From Octopus sinensis (taxonomy: Eukaryota), in the NCBI RefSeq assembly GCF_006345805.1, contig NC_042998.1, forward strand, positions 72,912,001-72,976,000: a stretch of DNA of 64,000 nucleotides, in the 5' to 3' direction. The position numbers and the translations under genes are program-made. Shown here in pieces: positions 25,720-39,165 of this stretch. Each line of letters opens with the position of its first letter. Positions within the stretch are counted from its first letter, which is position 1. The notes beneath the pieces were generated by a model that worked only from the letters and a program-made list of their open reading frames with translations, was not told the DNA's origin and searched no databases.

Positions 25720-28324
25720 GTTTCTTTATTGGCTACACAGGGCTGCACACTGATGGGACAAGTTACAAGGTAGAGCTTTTCTTTTGGGGGATGAAAAAAA
25801 AAAAAAAAAAAGAAACAAAAAACGGGGTGGCACCCATCTTTTTTTTAATCATTCGCTAGACAAAACTTGCCTCTCTACTCTCACTTTCCTTTTCAAGTGG
25901 ATAGATAGATAGATGGGTTTATGTATGCATATATAGTATTTTGCGAGATTGATCAATGTCGAAAATATGGCTCTTTTATGAAGTTGCTCAAATATGAAAG
26001 TACCTATAAGTAATAGCTTTCAATATACAGGATAAATGCCGTTTATAATGTTCTAATACAATGTGGATATCGACCAGTTAGTATTTTCATGAAAACACAA
26101 TGACTAAAAATTGTAAACACTATATGAAGTAGTCATACTGCAGAAGACTACCATTTTCTGGAACGTTATCCACCCCTTCAGTGATTCTATTTCCGTTACA
26201 TATCTCAACTCTTCCTCTTATCTCTTTGGTTCCTCGATGGGCAATAAAGTTGCTCCTGGGACGTATCTCTAAACCAGAGAATAGACAGATGTAGTGTAAA
26301 ACATGACAGAGCGATATAGATTAACAAGTGAGAAATGTTAATGAATATATTGTTAAATTATACATTCTTCACAAGTTTAGAGCATTTTATCGTATTTTGT
26401 CATCGTTTTAGTACGTGGAGTTCACATAACTTTTATATCTATATCTGTTTCGTGTCTGTTCTTATGCATTCATTTTATGTTTCTTTTACATTATTCCTAA
26501 CAAAAACTTTCATTCTCTTGAATAGATAAGAAGCGACGTTAATAAATGATCTTTAATTTATTCGCTGTACTTCATGTTTTAGCTTCTGTGTATTCATATG
26601 CTACTGCTTTTCTTTTTTCTCCCCTTTCCCTATGGGGCAAGTTATAGAATGAATAGATATTTTCTGATTCAGCAAACAATATATCCATTTTAGGTTCTAA
26701 AAGTTAAGCTTCAGTCGCTAAGTGCTCAACTCTTAGATTAAATTTCCGGCACGTTACTATTACTAAAAACTTCGAAGCAACTTCACTTCTCTACTCTTAT
26801 AGAAAGATAATGAATAACTGACTAGAGACGGTGAAAAGGAAATAGAGTTACTGGTTAGCACTTCAATCAATAAAGACTGTAGAAATTATCACTGACTTAT
26901 TAAAATACTTCAAATAATTGGACTGTTGAGAAATTCTGGATACAATTGGAAATAAAAGTTTATAGTATGAACCAAATATTAGCATTTAGAGTCCCTTATT
27001 ATTAATGTAATAGGGTATATTGCCATTCATGTTATATTTAGTTACATTTCTGCTGTTTTCAACGGCTTGAAATTACGCGTTAAACATCTTACATTATATT
27101 GGAGATCTGATTTGCTAAACTTCGGATCTGTGACCGCGCACATTTCTACTTTGCATACGACACGCACCAAATTTCTAGCTCCAATTTAAATCGCGATCTA
27201 TATCAAGTCTATGTACGACGTTTTTGATGTGTATATCTAATAAACTGCTGAACACAAAATATATTCTACTCGCCACCTAACATTTCAAGCATTGCGAAAA
27301 TGCATTCCATTAAAAGCATAGCCCAGCGTTATAACATACAGGAACATAACCGAATACACAGGCGGTAGTAACGTCTTAGATAAGTTAATTGATATTACTA
27401 TTGCAAAGACAATATTCGTACTTCATACAAAGCAACGTAATTCACATTAATATCGTACAGGCGTTTGGGCTCACTGTTTTGTATTCCTAAGTCTGTAATT
27501 CAGTTGCTTGCAGAAATTGCAGCTTAGAAGTAATCCTTTGCTAAATAATACATCGTAGAAACGATAAATTCCCCAGAAACATCCTATAAGCTCCCGGCAC
27601 TTTGCTACATTTAACAGGCTCTCTTCTACTTTTCAGCATTCTAACACGAGATATTTCGTTACAATTTACTTTTATTCAGTAAACACTTCTCTTACTGCGT
27701 AAGCCGCCTCACTTGTTCTACAATATATCTCAAATTTGGCTTTTTTTTCTCTCTTTGCCACTTTAAGCTAATGAAAACTCACAGCAAATGTGCACATACA
27801 CAGGTACACAAATATATATACAAACGTTCGCATGAATACAAACAGACTGCAAACAGACTGACAAACACACACACATATACATAGATGTACGCCGCTATAT
27901 ATATATATATATATATATAAAAGAATTTTTCGCGTAATAAGATAAAAAGCCAAGGCTGTATAGACATTAGAAAATTTATTGATAGAAGGTCTTACAGCTG
28001 TTTCTAGGATATTTATTAGTAATATTCCTTCATCGGAGACGGTGTGAAATCCCAAATGGGGTCGCGAAGTGAAATGCTGGGGTTGCAAAAATTAAATTCA
28101 AAGAATTTAATTTTCGTTTATATGTTATTTCACAAACGCTCAATATATAACGTGATGAACCATGCAATCGTTGCGGTAATAAAGCGTGCGTACAGCGACT
28201 CTCTTTATTGAACTGCTTGCTTTTTCATTTCTTTTCTTTTGTTTCGTTTTCATTTCTCTCTTTTCTTTTTGAAATGTGTGAACTATTGCGTTGAAAGTTT
28301 TTTACATTTTATTTAATTTAAAAC

Positions 28325-29584
28325 ATGGCAAAAAATACGGAGAAGATTGTAGAGTGGGAGATTGTCCCACCTAAAGAGTGGCTCAGCCAGCAAGAGGAGA
28401 GAACGGTGGTGTTGAGAACGTATTCGAAGTTTCTCGATACCATTGCTATCTTCTCCAAGTAGCTGATTGAGCAGGATTTGGCGGAACATCTACCGACCGT
28501 TAAGTATATCTGTAGGGGTGTCAAATATGCAACGGTGTGGTTGCTATTTGACACCCCAGAGGAGGCTCGCAGTTTTGCAAGCCAGCCATTTGAGGGTAGA
28601 GAAATTTTGTTTCTTCGCATTTATTGTGGGAAAAATTGACGAGGGCTTGGATCTGTGGTTTGCCACCCGGAATTGAACCCGAGTGGATAGAGGATACTAT
28701 CCGTCGGGGTCTGGGTAGCAGTGGAGCCAGGTTCCTCAATGTGAAAATTCTTCCTGCGGCTGATTGGGTTGGGTCAAAAGCTGTTTTCATCTTATGGATT
28801 CAATCAGCCATGAATCTGATTATGCCAGCTTTTTTTGAAAATGGCTCCGTGTAGGTACTCGGTGATTCTAGAGGGTCGCCCCCGGGTGTCACCGGTGCCT
28901 GGACCCTAGCCATATAAAGAAAAACTATCCTCAGCAACAAAACAAAGTCCTGGAGCAGTTGATTGAGACCACTGTAGAAAAAGAAACGAAGGCAGCCAAG
29001 GATGCCGAGGACTCCTCAAAGAAGGCCGCAACAGGAAGTAGGTGAGCAACAATGGGTGCTCACCGAAGGCTCCTAGGGTCGAGGGAGGGGAGGCGAATCT
29101 CCCGGGCACGGAGGAGACGCACCCCCCACCTCATTTGAGAAGAAAAAAGAGGAAGATGAAGAAAAATGGGGCATTGCTGGCAGTCGGTGATATAGCACCA
29201 GAATGTCCCGGAACCTTGCCGGTAGGGGTTGTGCCACGGACAAGGGAACAGACACCGTTGGGGGAAATTGTGCCACCAACGGTAGAATTGACCACCTTGA
29301 ACCTGGAGGAAGACGAACTGTTGGTCTTGTACAGAGGCGGAGAAGTAAAAAAGGTGGTGGAAAAGCACCATAAGGGAGTACCTTTAACCTTCACACAGGA
29401 TCCCGAATGGCCTCCGTATATAACTGTGGAGGTCATAACGTTGCCCGTGACGTATATGCTGCGGGGACTCAATGAGGAATATCTTTTGGACCCGGGCGAC
29501 GCAGACTTGGATTCTGCCTTGGTATTGAATGAGGCGTGGGTGATGGCGGAGTATACGGGCACAAGCGATGCTGGGGAGGAATAG
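28325..29584 (+). pseudogene. gag/ORF1-like protein of a non-LTR retroelement (L1/Tx1-type), ~420 codons, disrupted
   Basis: MAKNTEKIVEWEIVPPKEW..., TRAWICGLPPGI (RRM-like), VILEGRPR followed by CHRCLDPSHIKKNY (CX2CX4HX4C knuckle with last C>Y, 28887-28931); stop at 28460 and at least three frameshifts; final open segment 29042-29584. Confidence 0.7.
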
Positions 29585-29912
29585 TGACACGAGGTTGAAA
29601 AGCCTCAGTGTTATAATGTTTATTGTATAATGCTTAATATTTATTGTTTGTTATTGTGTTTAAGGGTCTTAAAACCCCAATTTTTAAATGGACTATTAGT
29701 CTAATTATTCTAAAACTGAAGTAAGAGGTTCAATACCTCGGTTTGTCTTTTTTCTGTGGTTAAAAGAAGGTTTTAGAGAAGTAAAAAATCAGCGGGCGTC
29801 TTTTGTCTTCTCGCATTAATATCTTCGTATTTTCATCATTCACCTCATCAATGTTTTTCTCCAACCTACAAGCTACTCTGTGTCATACCTTTATGGCAAA
29901 ATGTTTGAAATA

Positions 29913-30049
29913 AAGTAGCTTGCTTACTAACTGGTTCAGTGTTCTGTTTTACTGCGTGGCAGCTTGGGCAAGTGTCTTCTACTGTAGCCTCGGGCTGACC
30001 AAAGTCTTGTGAGTGTATTTACTAGAGGGAAACTGAAAGAAGCCTGCCC

Positions 30050-30114
<65 letters not shown>

Positions 30115-30292
30115 GTGAGTGTGTGTGTGTGTGTGCTTACGTCCCCGTAACTTAGCGGTTCGGCAAAAGAAGCCAATGGTATAAGTAATAGGCTAACAAA
30201 GAATAAGTCTTGGGGTCGATTTGTTTGACAAAAGGCGGTGTTCTAGTATGGTCGCAGTAAAATGACTGAAACAAAAGCAAGAATAAAAGGAT
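29913..30292 (+). mobile_element. SINE family A
   Basis: ctgcgtggcagcttgggcaagtgtcttctactgtagcctcggg, internal (TA)/(TG), gtaacttagcggttcggcaaaag, tail ggcggtgttctagtatggtcgcag..tgactgaaac. Confidence 0.85.
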
Positions 30293-30299
30293 ATCTTCA

Positions 30300-31829
30300 A
30301 ATATAGAAACACAAAATTTTGAGAAATGTATGACTATCAACGAGAAATATTTATTTGCGTCATGTGAAGTTTCATATATAATTGCCAAAAATAAAATGCC
30401 ATACACCATTGGAAAAGAACTTTTATTACCTACTGCTATGAAGATGGTAGAAATACTTCAAGAAGGTAAATATGTTGATGAAATTCTGAAAAATCTTTTT
30501 TCGGACGACCCTGTCGCCAATAGAATTACTGAAATTAGCAACGGCCAATTTGAGCGACTTATGACTATACTTAAAGAAAACACAAACTTTGCAATTCAGT
30601 CGGACGAAATAATTGATATTTAAAAACTGGCTCAATTGTTAGTATATGTTAGATACGTTTATAAAGAAAACGCGAAAGAAGAATTATTATTTTGTCATCC
30701 TTTGGAAGAACATTCAAGAGGGAAAGACAAATGTAGTAACGTTGACGAATTTTTTAAACTATAGGTTTGGAATGGACAAATTGCAATGGAGTATGCATAG
30801 ATGGTGCAAAAGCGATGACGGGCGAACATATTGGATTTAAATCGTTTGTTAAAGCTGTTGGTAATAATCATGTAACTTTTACATACTGCAGATCCATCGA
30901 GAATCACTTGCAGCAAAAACAAAATTAAAATAGCGCTTCAGGGTGTTATCAAAATTACAACCTTTATTAAAAGCCGTATCATTAACAGCCGTTTATTTTC
31001 AAATCTCTGTAAAGACATGGATTCAGAACACAAAATCTTATTATTACACGCAGAAGTAAGGTGGCTGTCAAGAGGGCGAAGTTTAAACAGGTTATTCTTG
31101 TTAAGAGACGGAATTATATTTTAACCGAACAAAAATTTGATCTTGCTGTTATATTTCAAAATCACTAACGGCTTCAAATTTATGCTATTTTTGAGATATT
31201 TTTGAGTAACTAAACAATTTCAAATTGAATCTTCAAGGAAACAAAAGCGATATATTTACTTCGAATGATAAAATTGAGAGTTTTATTGAAAAGATCAACA
31301 TTTGGAAGAATAAGGTGAAAAATGGTTCATTCGAAATGTTTCCGGTTATCAATGACTTTATAATTGAAAAGAATATTTGCAACAATTATTACAGACCACT
31401 TAAACACTCTAGAAACACAGTTTCGCAAATACTTCATATCGAATTTTAATTTCAAAAAGTTATCTCGTATTCAGAAACCATTTTCAATTAACCTTGATGA
31501 TATTAATTCTTTGCTGTATAAAGCCTAAGAGGAATTCGCTGAGCTATCGAGTGACTCAAACTTGAAACTTGAATTTATAAAAGAAGTTTTGACTGAATTC
31601 TGGATCGGAGCTAAAGCTGAATTTTCCACAATTTCTGAAATGGCATTTCATGTTATTTTGTGATTTAGCACCACAAACATATGTGAAACATTTTCAACTT
31701 TAACACATTAAAATCAAATATCGTTCAACGCTGAAAAATGTACAGGATGCTTTACGTTCAACAGTGTCAAATATCACATCAAGGTTTATTTTGTTATGCA
31801 ACAAAAAATAAGCACATCCATCACATTGA
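30300..31829 (+). pseudogene. hAT transposase remnant (Buster/SPIN/ZBED5-like)
   Basis: SYIIAKNKMPYTIGKELLLP, FAIQ.DE..DI..AQLLVYVRY, HCxxHRE.LAAK, LLLHAEVRWLSRG, NLQG, EFWI, and terminal AHPSH*; many frameshifts. Confidence 0.9.
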
Positions 31830-32480
31830 TTTTTACTTTGGTTTATTTTTGTACTTGAAACAAATGCTGAAACGACTTTTATTTTGACAAATAATATAAC
31901 TAGCCTATTACTTATAAATTCAGTAAAAAAATAAATGATTTATGTATTTATTTGAATATTTTATTTCATATTTAATACCTGGGGTCGAGAAAAATCTCGT
32001 ATGTAAAAATGAGGTCATGAATAACATATTTAGGAAGCGCTCAGCTAAACAATACAGTGAACAGAAAACGTCGACGAGTGCATAGGTTTTTCCATTCAAA
32101 ATGGACAACTATGATGAATTGAAGTGATAAATACCGAGGTTGTGGGCAATGAGGAGAATCTACGTGATACCCATAGTGATTGCTGCACATGGAATTATCA
32201 GCACTCAGCTACTAAAATGATTGAAAAAGATTGGTACAAAAGTAAAGATGGGACGACTACAAAAATCAGCATTGCTTGAAATTGCAAGAGTTCTCCGCGG
32301 AGTTCTTGGAACCTGAGCAGCAAAAAAGTGTCACCTTAGCCTGCTGTATATTGGCAGCTAACATTTTCTATCATACCCAGCAAAACAAGCAGAACATATT
32401 CATTAAATAATATTAATAATAATAGTTATTATTACAGTAATAATAATAACCACAACCACAACAAAAATAATAATCATAAT

Positions 32481-32694
32481 CATTTCTACTGTAGACACAA
32501 GGCCTGCAATTTGGGAGAAGGAATTAAGTCGATCACATCGACCCCAGTTCGTACTTGGTACTTATTTAATCGACCACGAAAGGATGAAAGTCAATGTCGC
32601 TCGAAGCGGAATTTGAATTCAGTACGTAGCGACAAGCGGAATACCGCTAATCATTTCGACCAGTCTGCTAACGATTCTGCCAGCTCACCTCCTT
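32481..32694 (-). mobile_element. SINE family B, near complete
   Basis: Reverse complement reads gagctggcagaatcgttagc...ctgaattcaaattccgc...ctttcatcctttcgtggtcgattaaataagtacc...ggggtcgatgtgatcgac...ggccttgtg. Confidence 0.85.
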
Positions 32695-33049
32695 AATCTA
32701 TATCATAATGGAGAAAGCTGCTTATTAATTAGGTACGTGACAGTTACTAAAAGAAAGCATTTTTAAGGGCTTCACTGTCTGGAATTTTTTTATAAATTCA
32801 TATACCAAGAAATTTCCTATAAATTCGATTCCTGAAGTTTATTGAATTTTTGAACTCCAATTTTTCACAAATTTAAATATTCGTTGCATTCGCAGAGGAT
32901 TATTCCATTTTCTCTTGCAAAGTCTCTCACTCTCTATTTCAATGTTTTCATTTCAAGTTTGAATTCGCTATTTGAAAAAAACCAACGTTTCTTCTATATA
33001 TGTAATGTAAAAACATTATTTATTGAATGAAAATATTTTAATATAATGG

Positions 33050-34330
33050 TATAATTTTTGTGAAAAAATTAGGAAGTGATTTGTTGTTATGGCTGTTTAG
33101 AACGTATAAGTCTTACAATAACTATCCGGACCGATTTCAACAGTTTTTTAAGCTTAAAGACCATTGGAGGAGCCTTTCCGTAACAATTTTTTTAAAACTT
33201 TAAATATTTCCAGAACAAAACAATTTAATTATTTTCAGAACAAAAAAAAATTGTAGATGTTTCCAGATTAATACAAGGCAGGTTCGGCTCTTGTTTCTAG
33301 CACAACTCATTTTCACTATCACGCGTGTTGATTGTTTTCAATATTTTTCTCCCATTAAAGACACTTTAAGGAATGATGATGCCGAGGAAACATATGCATA
33401 GTCCATTGCTGGTATATAAGCAACAGATGACAAGTTGTAATGTAAATTTTTACCCCCACCTCAATCAAGCGACGCCGTGTGTGTAAAAAAATATTTTCTA
33501 ACAGAAAACTATGGTATTGAAATGAATTATCAAATCAAATCTAGTACTTTAAATTATAAACAGGAAGTATCGGGGGCAAGAAGGCAAGAAAGGGAGTTGT
33601 AAAAAATCATGATTTTTCAAATTTTATTTTTCTTAGCATATAAATATATCTATGTGGAGAAAAATATAGAAAAACGTCAATACATGCGAGAGTGATAAAG
33701 AAAGTAGGACGGTTGTCTTAGGATGCGTTAGAAACAACAGACAAATCTCACTTATATCACTCACGTGTCCCTCTGAAAATATGAACATTTCTTTTTTCAC
33801 CGAAATGTCTTCTCCCATGGTTTTGAAGTGCAAAAAGAAATTGCCCAAAATAGGTCCGGAGTGGGATGATGATAGAGCGGGAGTGTTGTAATAAAAAAAA
33901 TATTGACAACTGTTTTCATACAAAGATGTCGCACTCCTACCCCACCCCGTCATTTCCAAGGCTGTAGATTAAAAAACAGGGAAAACCCCGGTCAAAATAG
34001 AGTAGGCCTAATTTATTTGGTTTTTCCAGATCTGAAACTCCGTTTTACCAAAAATCCTCTCTCCACCCCCTTAGAAGATATTTTTCCACAAATTTCTTTA
34101 TAATCGTAATCTATGTCGTATGATAGATATCAAAAGATACGCATTTTCCTGAAAGTCATGAGGGAAAAAATAGAGTTCGAGTGGATTTTCCGAAACTCCT
34201 ACCTCCACCCCTCGGAAAAGTTTTGTCCCATAAACTCTGAAGCCACACCATCTAAGTAGTATTTATAGAAAATTTCGTTAAAGAGTATGCATTTTTCGGG
34301 TTGTTATGAAGCAAAAAGTCATCTGTAGTT
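33050..34330. mobile_element. Possible non-autonomous element with degenerate internal repeats (Helentron/HINE-like, uncertain)
   Basis: ccggaccgatttcaac, aaacaggaagt and recurring ctacc(c/t)cacccc motifs at ~33935, 34060 and 34200 (~130-bp spacing); termini not identified. Confidence 0.3.
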
Positions 34331-34729
34331 ATGCGCTTTTATTTATACGAATTTTGCAATTCATGTTTATTTTATTCATTGTTTGCAATGTTCTCTCTCC
34401 CATTCTCTTTTCACAGAAAACATGTACTGCAAAGCTTACAAACGCACTGTTGAATTGAAAAATCTCTATGTTTCTTTGAGGGAAGGTAAAACTTGCTAAA
34501 CTGCCCCCGACCTCCACAGTTGGTCTACATCGACGTTTGTTTAAAAAAGAGAGATTACGACTGTGATAAAATAATGAAAGCAATATTTACTAAGCAAGTG
34601 AGCGAAATAATTAGAAATAAAATGTCATAAAGATTATTAGAATTGACAATCAAATATGAAAATATTATCAAGTGACAAGCAGAAAATCGTCCGGACTGTG
34701 GTCTTTCTACTAGTAATAATAATTATGGT

Positions 34730-34940
34730 TTCAGATTTTGCTACAACAGTAGCAATTTGTGGGGAGGATATGAGTCGATTACATAGACCCCAGTGTTTAA
34801 CTGTTACTTCATTCATCGACCTCAAAAGGATGAAATGCAAAGACGACCTCAGCGGAATTTGAACTAATAATGTAGAGGCGGGCGAAATACCGCTAAGTAT
34901 TTCGCCCAGTATGCTCATGATTGCTACAGCTCACCGCCTT
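34730..34940 (-). mobile_element. SINE family B
   Basis: aaaggatgaaatgcaaagacgacctcagcggaatttgaac...aaataccgctaagtatttcgcccag...agctcaccgcc. Confidence 0.8.
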
Positions 34941-34973
<33 letters not shown>

Positions 34974-35389
34974 TTCTAGTCTACGAACACTACAGTTTTC
35001 TCTGAGCGGACATTCAAAAGACCATCTTTAGTAAATCTTAAAACTTTAATATCTAAAACTTTCTGTGAACATTTTACTCACCTCTTCTTTTCTTTTTTCT
35101 TTCTCTCTGAGTATTCGAAAATGTAAAATTCATTTTTATTGCAAAAACACTACTGTTTTCTCTAACTCGACATTCAAACGAACATCTGTAGAAAACGTTA
35201 AAACTATATCTTTAATTTTGAGTGAAAATTTATCTTTCTTTTTTCCCTGACTACCCGAATATGTAAACACACCTTTTATTGCAACAAAACAATTAAATGC
35301 ACGATAATAAAATATAATTATGGAGGTAAGTACCTGCCAATATATACAAACTGCACAGTTCCCAAAACTGCAAACCACAGCAAAACATT

Positions 35390-35780
35390 AAAAAAATCAG
35401 AAATATAGTAGTTCTATTTTCTGTGTTATACGTATTTCTTAAGCCTGGTGTTTTTGTTATGTGTTTGTCTGTATAGTTTGTTATTATCATAACTAATGCG
35501 CCTATTATGATAAGAATTGTTTCTGTTTCTAGATTCCACATTCGAGTTACCTATATTTCCAGGACTTTGTATTTTCAAAGTTCCTCTATTTCTTTTAGAG
35601 AAATCTTGTCATCCGTTGGTATTGATACATCAATTAGAAAGCATTTTTTTTCTTGAAGATCTCTGACAACTATATCTGGCCTATTGGCCTTAATTTCTCT
35701 ATCTGTTTGTATTGGCATATTCCATTGTATGGTTGCTTTCTCATTTTCTGTGACCTTTTCTCGCGTGTGTCTATAACAGA
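35390..35780 (-). mobile_element. R4/Dong-type LINE 3' fragment, same family as 53749-55437
   Basis: Minus strand EKVTENEKATIQWNMPIQTDREIKANRPDIVVRD..KCFLIDVSIP..MWNLETET; nucleotide similarity to ~54950-55300. Confidence 0.85.
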
Positions 35781-35791
35781 ATAATAATAAT

Positions 35792-35836
<45 letters not shown>

Positions 35837-36694
35837 GGGACTCATTTATTTTAATCAATTCAAATTTTCCGATATTACCGATCATTCACCCGTGGCACCT
35901 GTTCTCACTACCACCCTCGTCGTCCTGTTTTCTAAAGCTGGATTGTTTGAAATGTATTGAGAATTGGTGACACGTAATAGACACTCTTTGGAACTGCACT
36001 AAATCTAAAGATTACACTATAATCACCATACTGCTCCATGGTGGAAATATGGTTATTCATGTTGCAGCCCAAGTCAAGAACAGGTCAAAGTTTGGCGCTT
36101 GTTATCTGGAATGATGACGGGTGATTGCAGCACGCTGTCATCAGACCGAGACTCGGTGTGAAGTAGAACATCTAATTCTACTGGTGCTTAGGGTAGCGTT
36201 GGAACGTCTCCGGTTTTCAACCACAAAAGTGTTTACTCTTTGATTTTGGATAACTTAGAGATCGGATATATTGGACAACATACAAACACTGTAGCCCTCA
36301 TATGTGCAACAATGGAATCTGTTCAAGACATACGCTATGAGTGTATAGTCACCAAAAACTGAACGTGTTCGAGATGAGCGCAAGGCGGAGGAACAACAAT
36401 CCCGCATATACAATTCCAGAGAACATGAATTGGTGACTAGTGTGCTTATCATGAAATGTTAATGCGACCTAATCAACAGATCTGACTATACGCCGAATCT
36501 GTCATGAAGACTCACTCGTTTAGTTACTCGATATATATATATATATATATATATATGATGAAAAGACATACTAAGTATGTCTAGCTGCTGGAAGTAACAG
36601 TCAAAACTCTTATTTACATCGCCAAAATACACAGATAATAACAAAACATAGGAAACAAATACAAGCATTTGGACTCACGTGAATTATTTTCGCG

Positions 36695-37617
36695 TGAATT
36701 ATTTCTTCCGTATTGAAATTATTTTATTACTGGTGGCTGCCATGATTCGGCACAAAACGAATCAGTTTCACGCAGATTTCAACGTGACGGTTTTGGTCTC
36801 TCGGTAACACGTGCTGAGGAAAGTGAGGCTATTTTACCAATCCAGAAACCGGTCCATGTGTGTTCAAATACTTGAATGAATCCTGAGAGATTGTCTTAGC
36901 CTGTTTGCCTTCAGACGGTGGATTTCTGTTGTTATTTTCAGTGTATTTAGGCGATTTAGGCGATTTAAATAAGAGCCTTGACTGGTATTTCTGGCCGGTA
37001 GACATATTTATATATTTAATGCTTTGCTCTGGGGGGGGGGGCTGCAATCGCCTATATTATTGATTCTATTATTATCATGTTTAAAATGTTATAATTGAGT
37101 CAATGATATATTCGCAAGTATTTTCTTCTGAATTATTTGTTCCGTTTTGAAATTATTTGCACACTGGTGGCCGCTATGATTCGGCGCAAAACGAATCAGT
37201 TTCAGCGCAGACTTCAGCGTGAAGGGTTGGGCTCTCCATCATGTAGTGCGTGCGGGGGGAGGTGAAGCTATTATTCCCGTCCACAAACCGGCCCACATGT
37301 GTCCAAATACTTGAACGTATACTGGAGAGATTTTCTTAGCCCGTTTGCCTTTGGACGGTTGATTTCTGTAGTACTTAGTATATTTTGGCGATTTAGGTAA
37401 GAATTCTGACTATTATTTCCAACAGGTAGACATATTTTGTAAGTCCTTTGACTAATTTTAATCCTTCAGCTACTTACATTTTTGGGTTGGAGAGGGGTCT
37501 GAAATTGCCTGTATTATTGATTCTGTTATTTACATTTTTAAATTGTTACACTAGATAATAATAGTCAATTATATCTTTGCAAATATTTTCATGTGAATTA
37601 TTTCTCTGTATTGAAAT

Positions 37618-37620
<3 letters not shown>
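36695..37620. repeat. Degenerate tandem repeat, ~2.1 units of 434-465 bp
   Basis: Unit starts tgaattattt at 36695, 37129 and 37594; shared ctggtggc..gattcggc.caaaacgaatcagtttca, caaatacttgaa, ggcgatttagg, ggtagacatattt, tattattgattct. Confidence 0.85.
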
Positions 37621-37694
<74 letters not shown>

Positions 37695-37704
37695 TGTGTG
37701 TGTA

Positions 37705-37738
<34 letters not shown>

Positions 37739-39118
37739 ATATATATATATATATATACAGAGAGAGAGAGAGAAAGAAAGAAAGAGAGACAGAGAGATAA
37801 GCAGGCAGACCGACAGGTAAGTTAAAACCTGTTGGGTAAACGTTGTGCTAGATTTCATTAAAAGAACTAAGAACCGTATTTTCCCTCATTGTCTAAGTCC
37901 CTCTCACTCTATTCATATGTAAGATGACGCAGGAGTCATCTTGCCTTTCAAATGCCGATTGAGAGTAGCTAGATTTTAAACGTAAAACGAGCATAATCCC
38001 TTTTTTTACTCTAATCAGCATTCATGTCAACAGTCCTATGTTTTTAAATCTCTTACGCAACAGAATAAATTGAGATTTTTTAATTCTTTTTTTTTCTCTG
38101 ATTAATTAACCCAAAATGTTTTCTCCTCCTTGGGAACCTTACATGTTCACATTTCATTGTTATCCATTGTTCGTATGGTTTTCATCTTTCTTTACATTAT
38201 GTGTGCCTCTTTTATTGTTTGTTTTATGTCCTTGTACTGTCTTGAACGTTGTGAGCTTTTGTGACCAGGAACAGAATCATTATTTTCTTAGTAGTATTTT
38301 TGTTGTCTATAAGTAATATTGGTGCGGTGTTGGTTGATGTAGTTATTTTGACATTCGTGTTAATGCTGCTTTTGTTGGACAATAATATGATTTATTGTAT
38401 CATCATCATCGCCATTATCGATTGTTATCACCAGTGTGTCATCTTTATTAACACCAGAGGCAAAAATAGCATACGCAAGAAAAAAAAGCAAAAATAAAAT
38501 ATATAAATATCTATCGTGGGAAGTGGGTGATCTTTTACCTAAGAAAACCATATTCTTTCTAGTGTATCCACTTGTTTGTGTATTTCAAGAATAGCATTCA
38601 CTTATCTTGGGTCATTCAGTATTTCACCAAGTATATAATGGACGGATTCCTTGCGAAATATTCTTGGAGTAGAACTAACGCTGAAGTATCTTAGCAACGA
38701 TTATAGCCGCGGAAATGTCACTGATAACTTCATAATGGAGTGATTGTTTGCTTGATATCATTATTGATTTCACTCGTATTCACGAACAACAATAGCTGGC
38801 TACTAGATATGTTTGCGTTGCCGCTTGGAGTGAACATTTCGTCTCGTTCATCATGTGTAGTAGGTGGTGTTGTTGCTGCTGATATACATTTTCTATTGTT
38901 ATTCATCAACTTATTGTTATAGTTGTTTTATGTCTTGGCGTACAGAAGTAATATTGCTGATTATGAATGTATATTATATATAAGTTGTTTTTTCTTTTAG
39001 TTTTCAGAACTTCGTATTCACTTAAGTATGTGTGGGTGTTTGTTAATGCGTGTGTGATAATTCTTACGTATGTAACTGTACATATGTATGTGTGCCTGTC
39101 TACCTGTGCCAGCATGTG

Positions 39119-39165
<47 letters not shown>

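Larger units (their letters stand above)
27995..32042 (+). mobile_element. hAT (Buster/Charlie-like) transposon remnant with nested insertions; ends tentative
   Basis: ggggtcgcga-type subterminal motifs at 28069-28087 and 31981-32020; weak TIR match (cagctgtttcta at 27995 vs taggaagcgctc at 32031-32042); transposase remnant 30300-31829. Confidence 0.5.

Noticed and set aside
35900-36480. GC-elevated unique block with LKTGDVPTL (THAP-like) on the minus strand
   Set aside because: The other THAP C2CH ligands cannot be placed; may be an old transposon but unsupported.
38100-38900. Possible minus-strand PLE thumb and Asn-rich linker
   Set aside because: Needs several assumed frameshifts; too degenerate to call.
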